A stretch of DNA of 64,000 bases from Mobula birostris. Taxonomy: Eukaryota. Shown here piece after piece: positions 27,108 through 37,410 of this stretch (its first letter is position 1; each line of letters opens with the position of its first letter). The notes beneath the pieces were generated by a model. The model was not told where the DNA came from and ran no database searches. It worked only from the letters and a program-made list of their open reading frames with translations. The stretch lies in assembly GCF_030028105.1 (NCBI RefSeq), contig NC_092379.1, positions 21,925,309 to 21,989,308 of the forward strand, given 5' to 3'. Position numbers and translations under genes: made by a program.

Positions 27108-27549
27108 CAGGGTGCTGGGGTGAAGGGGGAACTGGATCTGGGTGGGTCACAGGGTGCTGGAGTGAAGAGGGGAACTGGATCTGGGCGGGTCACAGGGTGC
27201 TGGGGTGAAGAGGGGAACTGGATCTGGGTGGGTCACAGGGTGCTGGGGTGAAGAGGAGAACTGGATCTGGGTGGGTCACAGGGTGCTGGAGTGAAGAGGG
27301 GAACTGGATCTGGGTTGGTCACAGGGTGCTGGGGTGAAGAGGGGAACTGGATCTGGGTGGGTCACAGGGTGCTGGGGTGAAGAGGGGAACTGGATCTGGG
27401 TGGGGCACAGGGTGCTGGAGTGAAGAGGGGAACTGGATCTGGGTTGGTCACAGGGTGCTGGGGTGAAGAGGGGAACTGGATCTGGGTGGGGCAGAGGGTG
27501 CTGGAGTGAAGAGGGGAACTGGTTCTGGGTGGGTCACAGTGTGCTGGGT
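27108..27549. repeat. 43-bp G-rich minisatellite, about 10 copies, in the J-C1 intron
   Basis: Unit approximately GTCACAGGGTGCTGGGGTGAAGAGGGGAACTGGATCTGGGTGG. Ten ACTGG(A/T)TCTGGG cores counted at about 43-nt spacing, plus a partial unit. Confidence 0.95.
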
Positions 27550-29773
27550 ATTTGTACAAAATAATCGATGATGAATCAGCAGATCGGGGGAGACTCGTTC
27601 TGATTTTAGTCTGTATTGTAGTAAGTGGATAGAACATCGGGTAGTATAAACAACTGGTGGGCAATTTTATTTATTCATTTTTAGGGATCTGGGCTTTGCT
27701 GGTAAAGTCTGAATAAATTACTCATCTGAACTGCCATTCAGAGGGCACTTGGAGACAAACACATTGATGGGTCAGGAGTCATAAATAGGGTCGAAGGGTA
27801 AGGATGAGAGATCTCCTTCCCTGAGGGACATCAGTAAAACTGAAGAATCAACGTTACTAATGACTAGATTTAAAAACAATACCAATTACTAAAATGTTGG
27901 AAATCAAACCACAGATCCAAATCTGTTGCAGATTATTATGAACTGAGTTTAAATTTGTCAGTTTTGTTGTGGTGGTATCCGTGGACTGTTCATCCATCCC
28001 TCTGCACTACTCATCTGCTTTGATGTACTGCCCTGTTTCCCATCACTCCGAATCCAACCTTGTGCCTGTCCATTGGATCACTGTGTCCACGGTGTCCTGG
28101 ACAATATTTCTCCTTCAATAACATCACCAGAACAGACTGTCTGATAGTTCTCACCTTGCAGTTTGTGGATTCTGCTGTGTGCAGAGTGGCTCCACATTCC
28201 CGACTCTACAACAGGGCTGTACTTTGAAACTACTTCATTGCCTGTGAAGAGCTCGGGGACACCATGAAAGCTGCTCTGTAAATGTCAGCACTTTATCTCA
28301 CAACCACTTTTACTGAATCACCAGCAACACTGGTTAATGTAGGAAAGCACTTGTTAAACAAACCCAGTCGGGGGATGGAGGGGGGCAAGAAATTAGAGCA
28401 GTTGCTCTGTCTGTGAACTGAGAATAAGCAGTTCATTTGAACAGTAAAGTTCAACTCGTGTCCCGTGAGTGTGTGATGGGACAGGTTGGGGGAAGCTTCA
28501 CTCTGTGTCTGAACTCTGCTGCCCCTGCCCTGGGAGGGATGGGACAGTGCAGAAGGATCTTTGCATCTAATCCATGGCTGCCAGGACAGGACATGGGAGC
28601 TGTAATCTGTATTTAACTCATGCTCTGTGTACTCTGGGGTGCTTGTTGGAATCCCTTCGAGGAAGAATTTCCTAGATTTACAAGATAAATACTGATTCCA
28701 TTGAATGACAGAGCAGAGAATGAGGCCATTCATCCAATAGTGTCTGTGCTTCCCTTTAACTGAGCAAACCCAATAAACCCATTGGTCTCTCTGCTCTTCC
28801 CTGTATCCCGACAAAAGGCGGATCTCCTCCTGTTCCCTCTCTACACTCACTATTGGCCACCACCATCATTCAGGCAGTGTGTTCCAGATCACAAACGTTC
28901 TTCAACAAACCTTCCCTTAAATACTCGCCTATAACATTATTGACTTGAACTCTTCCCTCCCCACCCCACCTGCACCACTCCCCACTCCCCCACCCACCAA
29001 TGCAAGGCTGCCCGGAATGTGTGAAGGAACTGTGATTTCAATTCCCTGCCTTACCTTTCCTGCGCCACTTCCACACTGCCTTCCCAACTCCAAAATTCCT
29101 CCCCACCGCACCCCACCTCCTCACCCATCAGGGAATAAAGCTAAAACCTTAATCCCATCAATTAATCCTGGGATATCGCCGATTCTTTTGCTGTATCCCG
29201 GGACCGACCTCAGGCCGGACATTACATGATGGGACTGACACCCACCTGTACCCTGGGGATATTGAGCCATCAACCAGATGATACATGTGTACACCATTCC
29301 CTCAGATTATGTCTTAATCCCATTACCTTCAACATGAAAGCAGCCGACAGTAAAACCCGATCCCAATAACTTGACACTGAACAGATCCATTGTTGTCACT
29401 GACAGGGAACAAGTTCAACTGCACTGAAACGCTCAGCCCCTGAACGTGGCTTCAGTCGGTGCTGAGGATCAGAAGCCAGACTTGAACCAAACACTGAGCT
29501 CACTCAGCACAATCGGCCGGTGTCAAGGCACAGTCTGGTGACAAGATCCGACCCCATTCCCCTGAGCCTGTTCCCGGTCTGTGGACAGTTCACTGGTGGG
29601 TGGGGTATGTACCCTTGTACTGTTACTGGGCTCTAGAGAAACCCGCCGGTTCGGGGAGATTCATGTACTTGCTCTAGATATCTCACTGATTTCGGGTGAA
29701 TCACCGAATTCGCCAGAACCGTAAATAAATAAAATACTAGTGCGTGAAGATACAATTGAGAAGTTGGTCTTAC

Positions 29774-29821
29774 CTGAAGTCACTGTCAGCGAGGTTCCTC
29801 CGCCCCAGTAGTCAAGATAGT
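29774..29821 (-). CDS. IgW: IgW JH segment (YLDYWGGGTSLTVTS)
   Basis: WGxG motif, 48 nt, donor G|GTAAGA at 29773, phase 1 into C1. Confidence 0.95.
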
Positions 29822-29860
29822 CACAGTGCTCCGTCTCCCCATTCACCCAGTGCAGTAACT
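29822..29860 (+). other. J recombination signal sequence, 23-bp spacer
   Basis: Perfect heptamer CACAGTG 29822-29828 abutting J, 23-nt spacer 29829-29851, degenerate nonamer GCAGTAACT 29852-29860 (5/9 to ACAAAAACC). Confidence 0.85.
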
Positions 29861-30196
29861 TCACTTGCCCGTCACATCCAATAATCTCAGCAAAATGTCA
29901 ACATGATCCCTGTCCGGACCGGGAGCAGCCGCTTCCTGGATTTCCATCCCAAACTCCGTCCTTGACTCTTCCTGGTGTGTGAATAAAAGAGGCATTTTCA
30001 CAGTTTTCCTGTCTGTGGGCACCGGCTCCCTCCATCCCCCGGCATCAGAGTCGAATCCTCTTTGGGCTTGTAATTGTCCAGAAATGGACATTTGCGCCCA
30101 GCAGTCCGAGTGAGGCTTCACGGATTTGACTCTGGGAAGCAGCAATGCGGAATCCGTGGAGACAGACTGCGCTGCAGACGCTCCTTTGTCGGGACC

Positions 30197-30226
30197 AGTT
30201 TCTGTTCAGCTCCCCATCACCCCATA
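30197..30226 (-). other. Remnant 12-spacer RSS fused to the V 3' end (possible D residue TATGGGG), heptamer defective
   Basis: Minus strand after ...TGTGCGAGA reads TA-TGGGGTG (heptamer position, consensus CACAGTG)-ATGGGGAGCTGA (12 nt)-ACAGAAACT (nonamer-like, 30205-30197). Confidence 0.7.
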
Positions 30227-30522
30227 TCTCGCACAGTAATAGGTGGCCGTGTCGTCCAGTCTCAGGCGGCTCATTTGCAGATAAATGTTGCTGCTGCTCT
30301 TGGAAGCGGTGAAGCGGGTCTGGACTCCAGGCGCGTAGTACTTGCTACTTTCACTATAATACGATACCAGCCACTGCAGCCCTTTCCCGGGGACCTGTTT
30401 CACCCAGCTCATGGTATAGCTGCTGATATCGAACCCAATGACCGCACAGGTCAGTCTGTGGGACTGCCCGGGCTTTACCACCGCTGACTCGGGCTGTGTC
30501 AGCACGACGGCGGACCGCACGC
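30227..30522 (-). CDS. IgW: IgW VH exon, intact reading frame
   Basis: Acceptor ttttattgacag| at 30523. Translates (G)VRS-AVVLTQPESAVVKPGQSHRLTC...WVKQVPGKGLQWL...DDTATYYCAR with both canonical Cys and the FR2 Trp. VLTQPES..KPG.SHRLTC is IgW-type FR1. Confidence 0.95.
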
Positions 30523-30632
30523 CTGTCAATAAAAAAAGAGCAGAAATTAATTAAATGTCCCACGGGCAGAGGTTCACAAAGCCTCCGAGAAACAGCCGGT
30601 CCCGGGAGGGGGACAAGCTGCGGGACACCCAC

Positions 30633-30678
30633 CTGCCAGACAAGACAGGAGGAGACAGAGATAAGGAACGACCCCCAT
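30633..30678 (-). CDS. IgW: IgW leader exon (signal peptide MGVVPYLCLLLSCLA-G)
   Basis: ATG at 30678, hydrophobic 15 codons + 1 nt, donor G|GTGGGT at 30632, 110-nt intron to the V acceptor (split leader typical of VH). Confidence 0.93.
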
Positions 30679-30766
30679 CGCCCTGAACACTGAGCCGGAC
30701 TTGGACATTGTTGAGATCGGCAGCTTCAGCTCAGGCCGTCTTTGTCCGGAGCCGCAGTGAGCGCTG

Positions 30767-30774
30767 TTTAAATA
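30767..30774 (-). promoter_or_regulatory. TATA-like box of the VH promoter
   Basis: TATTTAAA on the minus strand about 90 nt upstream of the leader ATG (30678). No octamer seen nearby. Confidence 0.55.
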
Positions 30775-32589
30775 GGGACGTGGGCTGTGAGTGAGAGAGG
30801 GAGCCACGGTTTGAACAGGCTCTCACACACTGAAACCAGAGGCGCGGCTTCCTGTCTCCACCCACAGCAGCGATTTCAATTCCCCAAAAGATGTTTGTCT
30901 CTGCAACAGGCGGCAGGTCAGCGGCAGTGACCAGATCCGGATTAAAGATCTGTCACACTCTGCTCGATTCATCAATTTCAGCAATGAATAGTTTGTGTAA
31001 ACTGAAACACACAGAATCCCAGCGAGAGAGAATGAGAGACACCAGTCAGTGGACAGATATCCCCCTGAGAGACAGGAACTGAGACACCAGTCAGGGACAG
31101 ATATTCTCCTTAGAGACACAGACTGAGACTGTCTTTGCAGGAAAATGTATGAAGCAACAAAAAGAGTTACTACACAATCTTCTCACTGCTCCCACACCAC
31201 GAGAATCAATGTTAAACAGAGATTCCTCGTAGAAGTGGGTGGAATTTACACTTTTAAGACATTTTCTTTTTCAGGGACCTGGTACCATAAATTTCAATGC
31301 CAACTCCTCAGCAGTTCTCCCCCACCAAATCTCTTGGACCTGTTTCAGCCGGTGAGAGGAACAGGATGTTTGATGAGGGAACTCGGGAGCTGAAGCCACA
31401 CAGCAGGAGAAGTTGTTGTTGCTGGTAACAGGATGCTCCCCAGTAGGTTGGCAGACAAGCATGGCTGAACGGTCCGTATTGAAATGAAACTGACGGGGAG
31501 GGCATTCAGGGTGCAGATCAGCAAGGTGGGTAATTCTGTTTTCCCACCCTGGTGATGGGAGTTCTGTGTGTCCTAAATCTTGCATCCTCAGTAAATTATA
31601 AACCACATTGACTGAATTGCTAATCAAACCAAAGCTCGCCCCTCTCGAGGTGATTTGCTGTCACTCAGCAGCTTTCATGACTCCATGGCAAACCGGAGCA
31701 GTTTCTGCAGACAATGAAGTACCTTTTGAAGTGGAGTCTCTGTTGTCACAGAGAGAAGGTGGGACCCAAATGACACAGAGCAACCTCTCTGAAACAGCAA
31801 TGAGGAATAAAGAGAACTGACATTCTGTGATGCTGATTGAGGGATCAATGTTGGGACAGGTAGTAGAGAACTTTCCAAACCTTTTAAGTCCACCTGATAC
31901 AACAACCCCACCATGGCTCCAACCAATATGGTGATTTTTTTTCCCTTCAAGACGACCACAACCTTGCTGTAGGGTTTGGATGCTTGAGTGCCTCACTGAT
32001 GCAGAGATCTATGTTGACTTGATTCAGGGTCTTGTGCTTTAGCTCTAGGTATGTTCATCCATGCTAAGCAGGTCAAAGGTTAGAGGCCTGACTAAGAGTG
32101 GTCAAGCGTTCCTTCAGGTTCGGAGTTTCAGGTCATGGTTAATGAACCTGACTCATCAAAAAGAAAAATTGTTATTGTTTTGAGATGCTCCCAATCCCGC
32201 CAGCTTCCAGGATTTAGATGCTCTAACTCTCTGGAGTACAGATAGCTGGTTGAAGCCCGTTTAAAGTTCATGATGATCGTGCTCATTGGCAATCATGTTT
32301 TGGGCACCAAGAATTGAGTGTTTGAAGAACATCTGAACTGATGTTTGGTGCTCAATCGTAAACCCTACTTGTAATGTCATCTAGCTTTTGTTTTGTGCTC
32401 AGTTCTCAATCCAGTTTGATTCCGTGTCTTGATCTTTGCTTCGGATAGTCCAGCATTTGGGTCCAAACCATCCTCATCAAAGACTCTCGTCACAGTTACG
32501 GAAACAGCAATGAAGAATCCTTCTACATCTGAGTGTGATGGTGTTCCCTAACCCCCACCCGGGACTTGCATGGCTGACAGTAGTGAAAA

Positions 32590-34460
32590 CAGAGAGGAAG
32601 CTACAGACATGGTGAAGGGAGCCATGAATTTTGCCAAGACCAAGACCAAAAATGTTTTTTTTGGAATATACGAACCATGTACAACACTGGGAAGCTCACA
32701 CAAGTAGCCACAGTAATGTGTCATTACAGCCAACATACACTGGCATCAGTGACAGCAGATGGACAGGGTCTGGCAGATGAAAGGCAGCAATTGGTGAAAC
32801 AGTTTTATATTCAGGAAGGGAGGATGGTCAGCGTCATGATGGTGTAGCTGTCATTTTGAAGAAAGGCATTGAGAAGTGACTGCTGGAGTGAAAACCAATG
32901 AACCAGTGAGTGAGAGTCAGGCTGAGAGTGAAGGAAGTGGTCATGACTGTGATCCAGTGCTGTGCTCCAAATAACAATAGTGACATTGAAGAAAAGGACA
33001 TCTTCTACAAACAGCAGAGGTAGAGTTAACACCACGCCGTGACATAATCATCGTCATAGGAGATCTAAATGGCAAAGGGGGAAATAACAACTCACACTTC
33101 ACTAGGGTCATGGATACATAAGGATGTAGAACAATCAATAACAATGGTGAAAGTCTGGTGGAATTCTGTGCCTTGAACAATCTGCTCACAGGATGGACCC
33201 TCTTTCCACACCATGAAATCCACAAACTGACATGGTGCTCACCCAGTGGACGTGACAAGATCCAGATTGACCATTTGATGATCACTGGTACGTGGAGACA
33301 ATCCTTGCAGGGTGTAAAGGTGAAAAGAGAAGCAGATACAGGAAGTAATCACACCACCTTGTTGTAACCGTGATAAAACTCAAGCTGAGAAGCACTGGGA
33401 CCAGAGTACATGTTTCGATGTTGGGAAGCTTATTGACATCAGTGTGATCTGCTGTTACCATCAACTTAACAAATTTCAGGCCTTGGCGAGGATGTGTCAG
33501 TGGACAAGATCAACACAATGTGGAAACAGACAGTGTCAGTATTCAAGGAGAACAGTGAAGCTTGTCTACATTACAGAGCTGGAAAGAAAAACAAAGAATG
33601 GACACAGCTGGAAACATGGATAGCAGAAGAAAGATGGAAAATTTTGGGAGAATGTTTTCAATGCAAAGTCAACACGAATTAAGATGAAACTTCAATTGGC
33701 ATTCACTGAAGCTAGCAAGAAAGTGAAGAGCTTCTAAGAATGGATAAGAGAGTCTACATGGAAGATCTTGCTTGCTGGCCACAGCAGCAACCTGTCGACA
33801 TGATCAGCAAAATATATACAAGATTTCAAAACTGGTACGCGGTAAATTTCAAGCCAGATCCAGTTGCCCCATGAGAGGTAAGAACGATCTGCTTTTGACA
33901 AGAGCATGAAGCACGATGGACAGGGTATTTCAGAGATTTACTGAGTAGACACAGAGAACCTTGACATCAAAGCAGATCCACCCAGGAAAGAAGAGTTTGT
34001 TACTGTGATTAAATCATTAAGAAACAGCAAAGCTCCAGAACATGACAATTTGAAAGCCGAACTGTACAAAGCTGAACCAAAAGTTGCAGTAGTCATCCTG
34101 CAACCACTGTTCACTATAAACTGGAAATGGGGACTGGACAAAGGGAGTTAGGATCCTCAAGAAAGGAGCACTAAGTGATTGCAACAACTGGTGGGGCATC
34201 ACACTTTTTTCTCACCAATATCATTGTCCAGTGGATTACAGATGCTATAGATGTGTGCTTGAAGAAGCAGCAAGTTGGCTTCAGGAAGAATAGAGGCTCT
34301 GTCAACCAGATTTTCATGCTGTGTAACATCATGGAGCAGTGCACAGAGTGGCAGAGACAACTGTACATCAATTTCATGGACTTTGAAAAGGCTTCTGATA
34401 GCATCCACAGGGAGAGCCTCTGCTGAATTCTCAGATCATATGGGATCCCTTCCAAAATTG
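32590..34460 (+). mobile_element. RTE-clade LINE remnant (APE endonuclease and RT fragments)
   Basis: VEFCALNNL..GWTLFPHHEIHKLTWCSPSGRDKIQIDH and QVGFRKNRG...QLYINFMDFEKASDSIHR fragments. Confidence 0.85.
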
Positions 34461-36499
34461 TCCAGCATATCTTGAGTTTTCATTTCACGTTTGGATCAGG
34501 TAAAGTTCTAGTCATTGCATAACAGGAACGATGTGGATGCTTTGGAGAGGGTGAAGAATGGATTCAGTCAAGTGTTGTTGGGATTGGAGCATATTAGCTG
34601 TAAGGAGAGGTTGGATAAACTTGGTCTTTTTTTGCTGGAGTGTTGGAGACTGATAGAAGTATGTAAATTTATCAGAAGCATGGATAGTCATAGACTTTTT
34701 TAAGAGTAGAAATGTCAAATGCCAGAGGGCAGATATTTCAGGTGAGAGGGGAAAAGTATAATTGAGATTTATGAGGCAAAATTGTGGTTGGTATCTGGAA
34801 TGTGTTGCCAAAGGAACTGATAGCAACAGATAAGACAAAAAGATTGATCAATGAAGAACCAAGAGGTCCAAGCAAAACTTAAGCTGGTCACTGGTGATTA
34901 GGTTATTTGGTGACTAACTGCCACTTTCCAATACTGTCGACTATGGCTCCCATCACTTTACTGAAGATTCTGTAGATGAATTGGGCCATTATTGTCTAAT
35001 TAGATTTGTCCTGCATTTTGATAATGGACATAATGGGCAATTTTTCCCATTCTTGTGCAGATGTCAGTGTTGTATCTGTACTGGAGCAGTTTAGTTGGAA
35101 CCATCAGTATAATGGCATTGAGCCAGAGCACAAATTTCCTGCTTGCAGCATAAATAAGTTCCACCTTCAATCTGAGCCAATCTCTGTTTTGTTCCCATAG
35201 AACCCAATATTTAAGTTTGGTTCAAGTCAGCTTTATATTGTTACTTCCCAGAGGACAGATGTCTCTATACTTGCATGGACTCCTTCTCCCTTCAGACTTT
35301 CAGTCCCATTAGTCAATCCTCTTTTCAGTAATACAGGAATTGTTAATTGGTATTGATCACTTAATCAAATAAGTATTTTCATGCCTTGAGCATCAAGCTT
35401 ATTCTTTTTAGTAAGCCTATTTCCTCTGGAAGATTCCCTGTTCAGCTTAAGTCAAACCACATCTCCTACAGGAAGCTGAGAAGGAAATATTCCCGATATC
35501 ACTGCCCAGTTTCACCCACCTGTCAAGAATGAAAATATGAAATGTGTTTCTGGTAAATCAACAGTTGCACACAGAGATTCTGTTCAAATTTATCCCGTGC
35601 ACTGAGTGTCAGAAGGAGGTTGTTCAGCCCTCCAGTCTATTCCCTCTTAAGCTGACCTACGTCCGAGCTCCATTTACCCTCCTTGGCTCCACAGATTTTA
35701 ATAATTGAACTCAAACAAAATTCTATTAATTTTGAAATTTCAACTGACACCTCTCACCATCCCTGTAGTCCTGACCTCTTCCCAAGGAGAGTTCCAGGTT
35801 TCTGTTGCCCTGTATATCCTGAAGTAACAGATTCTTTGTGTTATTCTTCTGCACCATTCTTGAATGTTTTTAAACTCCCCAATTTCCCATGTTTCAGGGA
35901 ACAGGAGACCAGACCTAATATTCTATCCCAGTCCCAGTAGCACTTCACTGTGCCTCATCCACACAACCCGTCTCCAAGGAAGACACATCCTTCCTGAGGG
36001 GTGATGCCAGGAATCACAGCCAGTGCTCCAGATATGGTCTAATTAGACCTCTACTCCATAGCAGTGTAACATCCACCCCTCTGTATCCCTGTTTTCCCCA
36101 TTAACTGCAGGACATTGAGACTTTTAGCTTAAATATGTCCTTACAATTTATTAGAACCCAAACCTGCCAGGGGTCTCTCACGCAAAGTGAACGTTCCACA
36201 TTCCCTCTCTGTCCACTGGGATTGGTTGTTCCCTTATGGAATCTGCGTCACTCAGCTGACACAGCAGAAACAAGACCTCTCTTGAAACCTGAGCTCACCA
36301 AACAACAACCTCTGTGACTGTGGGCAGTTTACCTCCTTATGTTTCTCACCACACCTGAGTATTTTCATATGTTCTTGCCTCCACCAACCATTGGCTTGTA
36401 TTCATGTCAGATTGTTTAAAAATGTTTCTGCTTACAGCCGTAAGTTAAAAACCTCACAGCTGGCTATCCCATTCAAGCTCCCACTGCCTCTGTCCCATT

Positions 36500-37410
36500 C
36501 TGAAGTGAGATATGGGATATGCTTCACTCTACTCTCTCTATGCCCATGACTGTGTGGCTCGGCACAGCTCAAATTCCATCTTCCCACTGTCTGTTGTTGG
36601 CAGAATCTCAGATGGTGATGAGGAGGTGTACAGAAGTGAGATCAATCGGCTGGCTGAGTGGTCTCACAATGACGACCTTCACTCAATGTCAGTCAGAATA
36701 ATGGATTGATTGTGGCCTTCGGGAAGGGAACGTGGGGGGACACACACCAGGTATCATTGAGGGATCAGCAGTGGAAAGGGTGAGCAGTTTCAAATTCCTG
36801 GCTGTCAACATCACTAAAGATCTATCCTGGGTCCAACTTATTGATGAAATGACAAAGAAAGAACATTAGAAGTCAAATTTCATTAGGAGTTTGAGATGAC
36901 TTGGTGTTTCATCAAATACTCTAACAAATTTCTACAGATGTACCATGGAGAGCATTGGATGTGGTTGTATCGCCGTCTGGTACAGACAGGCCACTGCACA
37001 GGATCAGAAAAAGCTGCAGAGAGTTGCAAACTCAGCCAGCTCCATCACGGGCACCATCTTCCCCAGCACTGAGGACATCTTCAAAAGGCAATGCCTCAAA
37101 AAGCCACATCCATCATTAAAGACCCACATCATACCGGACATGTTCTCCTCTTATTACTACCATCAGAGAGGAGGTACAGGAGCCTGGAGACACACACTCA
37201 ACATTTCAGGAACAGCTTCTTCCCCTCTGCCATCAGATTTCTGAACAGACACTGAACCAACTTATGAACACTACCTCCTATTTTTGCTCTCGATTTGCAT
37301 GTGTTATATATACATGTATCTCATTGTAATTTATGGTTTTTATCTGTTGCACTGTACTGCTGCCACAACACAACAAATTTCACAGCATATGTCTGTGATA
37401 TTAAACCTGC
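36500..37410 (+). mobile_element. Rex/Babar-like LINE 3' fragment
   Basis: TMESIGCGCIAVWY...KKLQRVANSASSITG motif; same family as 25820. Confidence 0.75.

Larger units (their letters stand above)
14136..30774 (-). other. IgW: IgW heavy-chain gene cluster (L-V[D]-J-C1-C2-short tail-C3-C4-C5-C6-long tail), partially germline-joined and probably unable to finish V(D)J recombination
   Basis: Ten collinear minus-strand exons/segments with GT-AG boundaries, all phase 1 and open. Six C1-set domains plus two distinct secretory tails is the established IgW layout (IgM has 4 C domains; IgNAR has 5 C domains and no conventional VH/CH1). Confidence 0.92.

Noticed and set aside
27108-27549. CRISPR-like array
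   Set aside because: These are contiguous tandem units without unique spacers, in a vertebrate locus.
27535-27564. RSS-like CACAGTG...ACAAAATAA at the end of the minisatellite
   Set aside because: The spacer is 14 nt (neither 12 nor 23), the heptamer is a one-base variant of the repeat unit, and there is no adjacent coding segment.
30232-30238. Cryptic heptamer (TACTGTG) in the V 3' end as a substitute RSS
   Set aside because: It is encoded by YYCA in most VH genes and points into V (VH-replacement orientation), so it cannot pair with the J RSS to give a productive join.
14436-30678. IgM or IgNAR identity
   Set aside because: Six C exons, a conventional VH with CH1 and two distinct secretory tails fit IgW only.
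34900-35520. Strong minus-strand acceptor followed by Cys-rich frames resembling a RING finger
   Set aside because: All frames have multiple stops and the Cys/His spacing does not fit a RING; I cannot support a gene call.
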